From positions 94,922 to 158,921 of the forward strand of contig LFFE01000011.1 of assembly GCA_001510385.1 (NCBI GenBank): DNA of 64,000 nt, given 5' to 3'. The DNA is from Actinobacteria bacterium casp-actino5. GTDB taxonomy: Bacteria; Actinomycetota; Acidimicrobiia; Acidimicrobiales; Ilumatobacteraceae. Shown here one piece after another: positions 59,688 through 64,000 of this stretch; position 1 is the stretch's first letter, and each line of letters starts with the position of its first letter. The position numbers and the translations under genes were made by a program. The notes beneath the pieces are model-generated. The model had not been told where the DNA came from and ran no database searches. It worked only from the letters and a program-made list of their open reading frames with translations.

Positions 59688-59968
59688 CAACCGCTAGATC
59701 CATTCGCTGCTCCGGTCAAGGTTTGATACTCAAGTTGGGTAGCGGCATGCCTCAATGAGTCGCAATGTGATTCAACTGAACGAATGACTGCGAGCAACGA
59801 TTGCCTCCAAAGGTCAGCTGTTGGCATTGACCAGATGTCTTCGCTGCAATGGAAGAGCAGCTGGCGAAGTTGAAGCCCTTCAAAAAATCTGGCTTGCAGG
59901 CGAAACGCAGCGGCTGTGCTGTTGACGTCGCATATCAGTTGAGAGGTGAACGGTTCGAGAATGTTCAT
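59684..59968 (-). CDS. hypothetical small protein (94 aa)
   Basis: ORF whose stop overlaps the start of the 561-aa ORF (GTGA). It uses several codons that look rarer here (ATA, AGA, AGG x2, TCA x4), and its GAGGA lies almost against the ATG, so coding status is uncertain. Confidence 0.4.
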   Translation of the reverse strand: MNILEPFTSQLICDVNSTAAAFRLQARFFEGLQLRQLLFHCSEDIWSMPTADLWRQSLLAVIRSVESHCDSLRHAATQLEYQTLTGAANGSSGW

Positions 59969-60016
59969 TCCTCAGAGAGGGAAGGCCAGAGTCGCAGTCG
60001 GAATGAAACTGAGCAG

Positions 60017-61117
60017 CTACCGCAGTCGGAGCACAACGGTGTGGTGCGGGAGACCGGTGTGGTCATCAACGTACCCTGGTTCTTCACTCACGAATTGGTG
60101 CTTCACATAAAAGCCAAGCGCAGTGTCACGTGCTCGAGCCCATATTTCGTCCACTTGAAGGGTTCGTCCAAGGTCGATACCTGCCACGAGCAGGGCTTGG
60201 GCTGCCCCAGTTCCGCGGTGCTCGGGTCTACTTGCCATTCCCCGTAGTTGAAGCCCAGAGAACGACTGTTGTGAACGACTTCGCTGGAACCAACTCGAGA
60301 TTGCAACGATCTCACCATTATCAGGATCTTGTGCGGCAAGATGAACGGCACTGTCGTCACCGTCGAAATTGACGTCATTTGTGATGGTGTCAGATCGGAG
60401 AACGGCGCGACGCAACTCGAATGTGTCGGATGCGCTGATAACACGTACCTCCCAATTCCGCCGCCCGGATTGAAAAGGGGTGAGCTCTCCATTGTGAATG
60501 TTGAGGATCCGATTTCCGGCAAACGATGCTTCTTTTCGGTGATGCGTGACCCAGATGGCAGTGGTGTTGGATGCCGATAAGACGTTGATGAGGTCGTGGA
60601 GAAGTCGGTCGTGCAGTGAATCGTCAAGTCCGGTCAGGGGTTCGTCGAGCAGCAGCAACTCTGGTTCGGGTGCAAGTGCTCGGGCGAGAGCAACACGTTT
60701 TGCCTCGCCTCCAGAGAGGTCCCGCACACTGCGTGGGCCAAATCCGCTGAGGTCAACAAGGCTCAACAGTTCTTCTAGGCGATCAGCGTGGTTGAACCGG
60801 TGCCCTCGTTGGCGCCGAAGGCCGTAGCTGATGTTGTCTTCGACACTGAGATGCGGAAACAATTGATTGTCTTGGAAGACAAGTCCAATGTTGCGTTGGG
60901 CAGTCGGTACGTTTGCGAGGTCTCGGTCATTGAGCCGGATGACTCCGTGATCAATGCTGATGAGGCCGGCGATACCGGCGAGAAGTGTTGACTTGCCGCT
61001 CCCTGATGCACCGACAATGACAGTAGTTGTGCCGTGATCAACACTGAATGACGCGTCGATGATCACGGGAGTGTTATCCCGAACGATACGAAGTTGGTCA
61101 ACGCGAAGGAAACTCAT
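60017..61117 (-). CDS. thiQ: thiamine-type ABC transporter ATP-binding protein fused to a C-terminal GNAT acetyltransferase domain
   Basis: Residues 1-~215: Walker A GASGSGKST, Q-loop, LSGGEAKRVALARAL, LLLLDEP, H-loop VTHH. Residues ~225-366: GNAT fold with the acetyl-CoA motif A LRGMASRPEHRGTGAAQALL and ARARDTALGFYVKHQF. Confidence 0.85.
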   Translation of the reverse strand: MSFLRVDQLRIVRDNTPVIIDASFSVDHGTTTVIVGASGSGKSTLLAGIAGLISIDHGVIRLNDRDLANVPTAQRNIGLVFQDNQLFPHLSVEDNISYGLRRQRGHRFNHADRLEELLSLVDLSGFGPRSVRDLSGGEAKRVALARALAPEPELLLLDEPLTGLDDSLHDRLLHDLINVLSASNTTAIWVTHHRKEASFAGNRILNIHNGELTPFQSGRRNWEVRVISASDTFELRRAVLRSDTITNDVNFDGDDSAVHLAAQDPDNGEIVAISSWFQRSRSQQSFSGLQLRGMASRPEHRGTGAAQALLVAGIDLGRTLQVDEIWARARDTALGFYVKHQFVSEEPGYVDDHTGLPHHTVVLRLR

Positions 61118-62688
61118 CGCTGTTTCCGATTCGCCACGGTTTCGAGTGCAATCACAATTCCCATTGTCGCTGACGCGAGAATGAGCGAGAGTCCATAGGC
61201 GCGGGCGCGAAAATCTCCGCCTGTTCGAGTAAGCAGTCGTTCGATCACAATCGGCAGGGTCTCACCTCCACTGCGTGACAACATGCTCGTTGCCCCGAAT
61301 TCACCAAGCGAGATGGCGACTGCTAATCCAGCGCCTGAGAGCAGTGGGACAGTCACCACAGGAATGATTGAGTCAGCCAACGAACGTATGGGTCGGGCGC
61401 CGAGGGTCGCAGCGGCGTCAACTTGTTGACGATTCATCGTTGCTAGAGCGCCGACTACAGGCCTCACGACAAATGGGGTGGCGATGAGGGCGTGTCCGAG
61501 TGGTGTCATTAATGATGATGCTCGCCAATCAAATGGAGGAACGTCAAAGGTGATGAGTAGCCCGAGTCCAAGAGTGACGGCAGAGATCCCGAGTGGGAGC
61601 ATTGCAACTCCGTCGACAACGCGACCGATCGTTGGCGATGATGCGACCGCAGCAACAATCAGCACTGCGAGCGTGAGCGCGAATGCGGTTGCGAAAGTAG
61701 CTGTGACAAGAGAGACGAGAATTGCCTGCACAGGGTCGAACCCAAGACGTAAGCCGGGTCGTATTGAGTTACTTAGTAGGTTGCGCCAACCTGAAGTACT
61801 GATGGAGCCGTTCACACGAAATGAACCTTGGATGAGGGCGATGATTGGGGCTGACACCAAGAGGCAACTCCCTGCGACCACGAGTCGTCCGCGGAGCGAA
61901 ATCGGTTGCCGGCTACCAGATTGGAAGGCATCCGATCGGCGCCTGGTGACAATCCACACACCTATGCCGATGGCGAGCATCACCAGTTGGATAACAGCGA
62001 GTACGACTCCTCGGTCGATACGTCCAAGAATGATCGTTTCGCGCCAGATTTCTACTTCGAGTGTTGTGGAAGATGCGGAGCCAAGGATGCGCACCACACC
62101 AAAACTGGTAAAACACAGCGCGAAGACAACTGCGGTCAGTCCAACCAGTGTTGGCCGCAAGAGTGGGAGGGTGATGGTTTGAGCTACATCGAGTGGGCGG
62201 GCGCCTAACACCGTTGCCGCCTGCTCAAGTTCAACCGGTACTGGTGCAGCAGCGATTCCTCGAATGACAATTGCGAGATTGAACATTGTGTGGGCAACAA
62301 CGATCGGGAGCAGCCCGGCAGGGTCTCCGGGCAATAATGCTCGAACTCCCGCCGCCATGACGACCGTTGGCATGACAAACACGGCGGCAAACAAACTCAG
62401 CACAAACTGACGTCCGCGAAAATTTGAGCGGGCAATGACGAGTCCTGGTACGAGGCCGATTGCGACGGTGGCAATAGTTGAGATCAGTGCCTGAAATGTG
62501 GTGAACCAGATCACCCGCCATGTTCGAGAATCAGACAGGGTCGCGGTGATCGCGTCGATGCTGACCGCCTGTGCGACAAGCATTGCAACGGGAGTGACGA
62601 TGAACGCAATCGCAAGCGCGGTTGGGGGAACCGTGATGGCCACGTTCCAACAAAGAGGTGGGTGGTTTAACCGGTGATGTCGGCCCAT
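61114..62688 (-). CDS. thiP: thiamine/iron(III)-type ABC transporter permease (duplicated 2 x 6 TM, ThiP-like)
   Basis: ~520 aa with two MetI-like permease halves. ATGA-type overlap with thiQ. Start is ambiguous (62688, or the GTG at 62643). Confidence 0.83.
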   Translation of the reverse strand: MGRHHRLNHPPLCWNVAITVPPTALAIAFIVTPVAMLVAQAVSIDAITATLSDSRTWRVIWFTTFQALISTIATVAIGLVPGLVIARSNFRGRQFVLSLFAAVFVMPTVVMAAGVRALLPGDPAGLLPIVVAHTMFNLAIVIRGIAAAPVPVELEQAATVLGARPLDVAQTITLPLLRPTLVGLTAVVFALCFTSFGVVRILGSASSTTLEVEIWRETIILGRIDRGVVLAVIQLVMLAIGIGVWIVTRRRSDAFQSGSRQPISLRGRLVVAGSCLLVSAPIIALIQGSFRVNGSISTSGWRNLLSNSIRPGLRLGFDPVQAILVSLVTATFATAFALTLAVLIVAAVASSPTIGRVVDGVAMLPLGISAVTLGLGLLITFDVPPFDWRASSLMTPLGHALIATPFVVRPVVGALATMNRQQVDAAATLGARPIRSLADSIIPVVTVPLLSGAGLAVAISLGEFGATSMLSRSGGETLPIVIERLLTRTGGDFRARAYGLSLILASATMGIVIALETVANRKQR

Positions 62689-63704
62689 AGTTCAACCCAT
62701 GTCGCTCTTCCGGCGTCGATCTCGGTTGGGGTGAGCGCGGGTGGTGTCTCTGGGATGACTGCGTGATCAACGAACACCTTGTCAAGTTCGACATCGGCAA
62801 CCGGAAAGACGTAAAGGTTGAGTGGAATGTGCTGTTGAAACTCGGTGCTGACCAAAAAATCAATAAGATGACGTGCTTCGTCTGGGGAATCGGTTCCTCG
62901 TAGAACTCCGGCAAATTCGATTTGTCGATAGCACGTGTCTTCGATGACTCCAGTTGGAGCGACCGTGGCGTTCGGATCATCGCCGTAGAGCACCTCGAAA
63001 GGAGGGCTTGAGCCGTAGCTAACGACGAGCGGTCGGTCACCACCAGCTCGTGTGAATGCCCCGTAGTAGGCCTCTTCCCAGTCGTTGGTGATGAGCACTC
63101 CGTTTGCGACTAGATCCTCCCAGTAGGTCGTCCAATGATCGCCAACGCGGACGATGGTGCTGAGTAAGAATGCGAGCCCAGGTGACGACGTCCCGGGATG
63201 TTGGACTGCAAGCAAGTCTGCATACGTTGGATCGACGAGTTCATCGAGGCTCGCCGGAGGTTCAAGCTCGCTGTTATCGAACCATTCGCGGTCATAGTTG
63301 ACGCAGACGTCGCCGAAGTCGACCGGGGTCACAACCTCACCGCCGAGTTCGACGAGTTGAGCATCGAACGACGTTGCAGCCGGTGAAACGTATGGCTCAA
63401 ACACGTCGGCCGCGGTTGCTCTGCTGAGCAAGGTGTTGTCGACTCCCCACATCACGTCACCCTCAGGGTTACCGCTTGCGAGCACCGCTTTGGTGACCAT
63501 CGTTCCCGCGTCGCCAGCATTCAAGATGTTCACTTCAATTCCGGTCTGGTCGGTGAACATCGCGAGCGCATCGTTGAGGTCAGTATCAGACGCTGGGAAA
63601 GACGAGTAGGTCACGAGCGTGAGTTCATCGTTAGTGTCTGAGCATCCTGCAGTCAGCCCTGCGACGAGGCCGACGAGCGAGATGACGGCGATGCGTCTCA
63701 TCAT
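62667..63704 (-). CDS. thiB: thiamine ABC transporter substrate-binding lipoprotein (TbpA/ThiB-like)
   Basis: Lipobox LTAGC|SDT. Colinear with remembered E. coli TbpA blocks: DVMWGVDNTLL, HPGTSSPGLAFLL, VVSYGSSPPF, IPLNLYVFPV. Confidence 0.83.
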   Translation of the reverse strand: MMRRIAVISLVGLVAGLTAGCSDTNDELTLVTYSSFPASDTDLNDALAMFTDQTGIEVNILNAGDAGTMVTKAVLASGNPEGDVMWGVDNTLLSRATAADVFEPYVSPAATSFDAQLVELGGEVVTPVDFGDVCVNYDREWFDNSELEPPASLDELVDPTYADLLAVQHPGTSSPGLAFLLSTIVRVGDHWTTYWEDLVANGVLITNDWEEAYYGAFTRAGGDRPLVVSYGSSPPFEVLYGDDPNATVAPTGVIEDTCYRQIEFAGVLRGTDSPDEARHLIDFLVSTEFQQHIPLNLYVFPVADVELDKVFVDHAVIPETPPALTPTEIDAGRATWVELWADITG

Positions 63705-64000
63705 TTAGGATCCTTGGTTAGAAAGTTCATGGAACACGGCTACGACGCCTTCGCGCAGTGTGACGCAAACGGTGTTCTCGACGATGTTGCTCACCCCTCG
63801 ACCACTCAGCACTTCAAGCGATTCGTTCGTGAGTGTCCATTTCGTGCCGGTCAACGTGATCCCGTCACACGGTGGGCAAAGAGCAATCACCGACAGCGTG
63901 CTGCCTTGTGGTGCATCAATCGTTGCTCGACCAGGACCATGCACGATGGTGGCCACATTGTCGCCCCAACGCAGTGACACATCAGGAATGCTTGTCACCT
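63705..64000 (-). CDS. thiamine pyrophosphokinase, C-terminal thiamin-binding domain (partial, runs off the window)
   Basis: The frame is open to the window edge. The pattern LSVIAL.P.CDGITLTGTKWTLTNESL...GRGVSN......V.V.L.EGV resembles the TPK B1-binding beta-sandwich (Bacillus ThiN: SLLPL..V.GLTL.GFKYPL.N..L...S..ISN). Its TAA stop abuts the thiB ATG. Confidence 0.5.
   Translation of the reverse strand, partial: VTSIPDVSLRWGDNVATIVHGPGRATIDAPQGSTLSVIALCPPCDGITLTGTKWTLTNESLEVLSGRGVSNIVENTVCVTLREGVVAVFHELSNQGS

Noticed and set aside
59684-59968. Calling the 94-aa ORF a WXG100/Esx-like type VII secretion substrate.
   Set aside because: - Size and predicted helicity fit, but there is no central W-x-G motif.
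- There is no C-terminal YxxxD/E-type export motif.
- No ESX/T7SS components (EccC, EccB, MycP) are in the window.
- Even its coding status is uncertain.

Overview
This is a 64-kb chromosomal segment from a moderately high-GC Actinobacterium. The phylum call rests on gene order. A finer guess (an Acidimicrobiia-like lineage) is inference only. GC was judged by eye, not computed.

The window is densely packed with housekeeping genes in classic actinobacterial synteny blocks:
- murI-rph-rdgB
- comM(yifB)-dprA-xerC-fliA/whiG-lytM-rpsB-tsf-pyrH-frr-cdsA-dxr-rseP-ispG
- lgt-gatCAB-ilvD
- ilvB-ilvN-ilvC, preceded by a leader-peptide attenuator
- metY, then an alkylsulfatase-like gene plus an arylsulfatase
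- PAC2-serC, divergent from an aspartate aminotransferase
- a cobalamin riboswitch plus btuFCD-like importer, divergent from a cobO-cupin-DUF368 operon
- a thiamine salvage/uptake operon (partial thiamine pyrophosphokinase, thiB, thiP, thiQ)

There is one tRNA-Leu(UAG). I saw no rRNA, CRISPR array, transposase, prophage or recognisable defence system.

The window is mostly core genome, and nothing amounts to a clear-cut new system. The candidates for undescribed biology are modest:
1. A translationally coupled orphan pair (94 aa + 562 aa) with no recognisable domains, just downstream of the thiamine operon.
2. ThiQ fused to a C-terminal GNAT acetyltransferase domain.
3. Two tandem fold-type II PLP enzymes of unknown pathway, next to an LLM oxidoreductase and an orphan clpP.
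4. A Chloroflexus-type malyl-CoA lyase, Mcl2-like CitE protein and 4HBT thioesterase operon.
5. cobO co-operonic with a cupin-domain protein and a DUF368 membrane protein.

All protein calls come from reading the supplied translations against remembered family motifs. No database search or computation was run.
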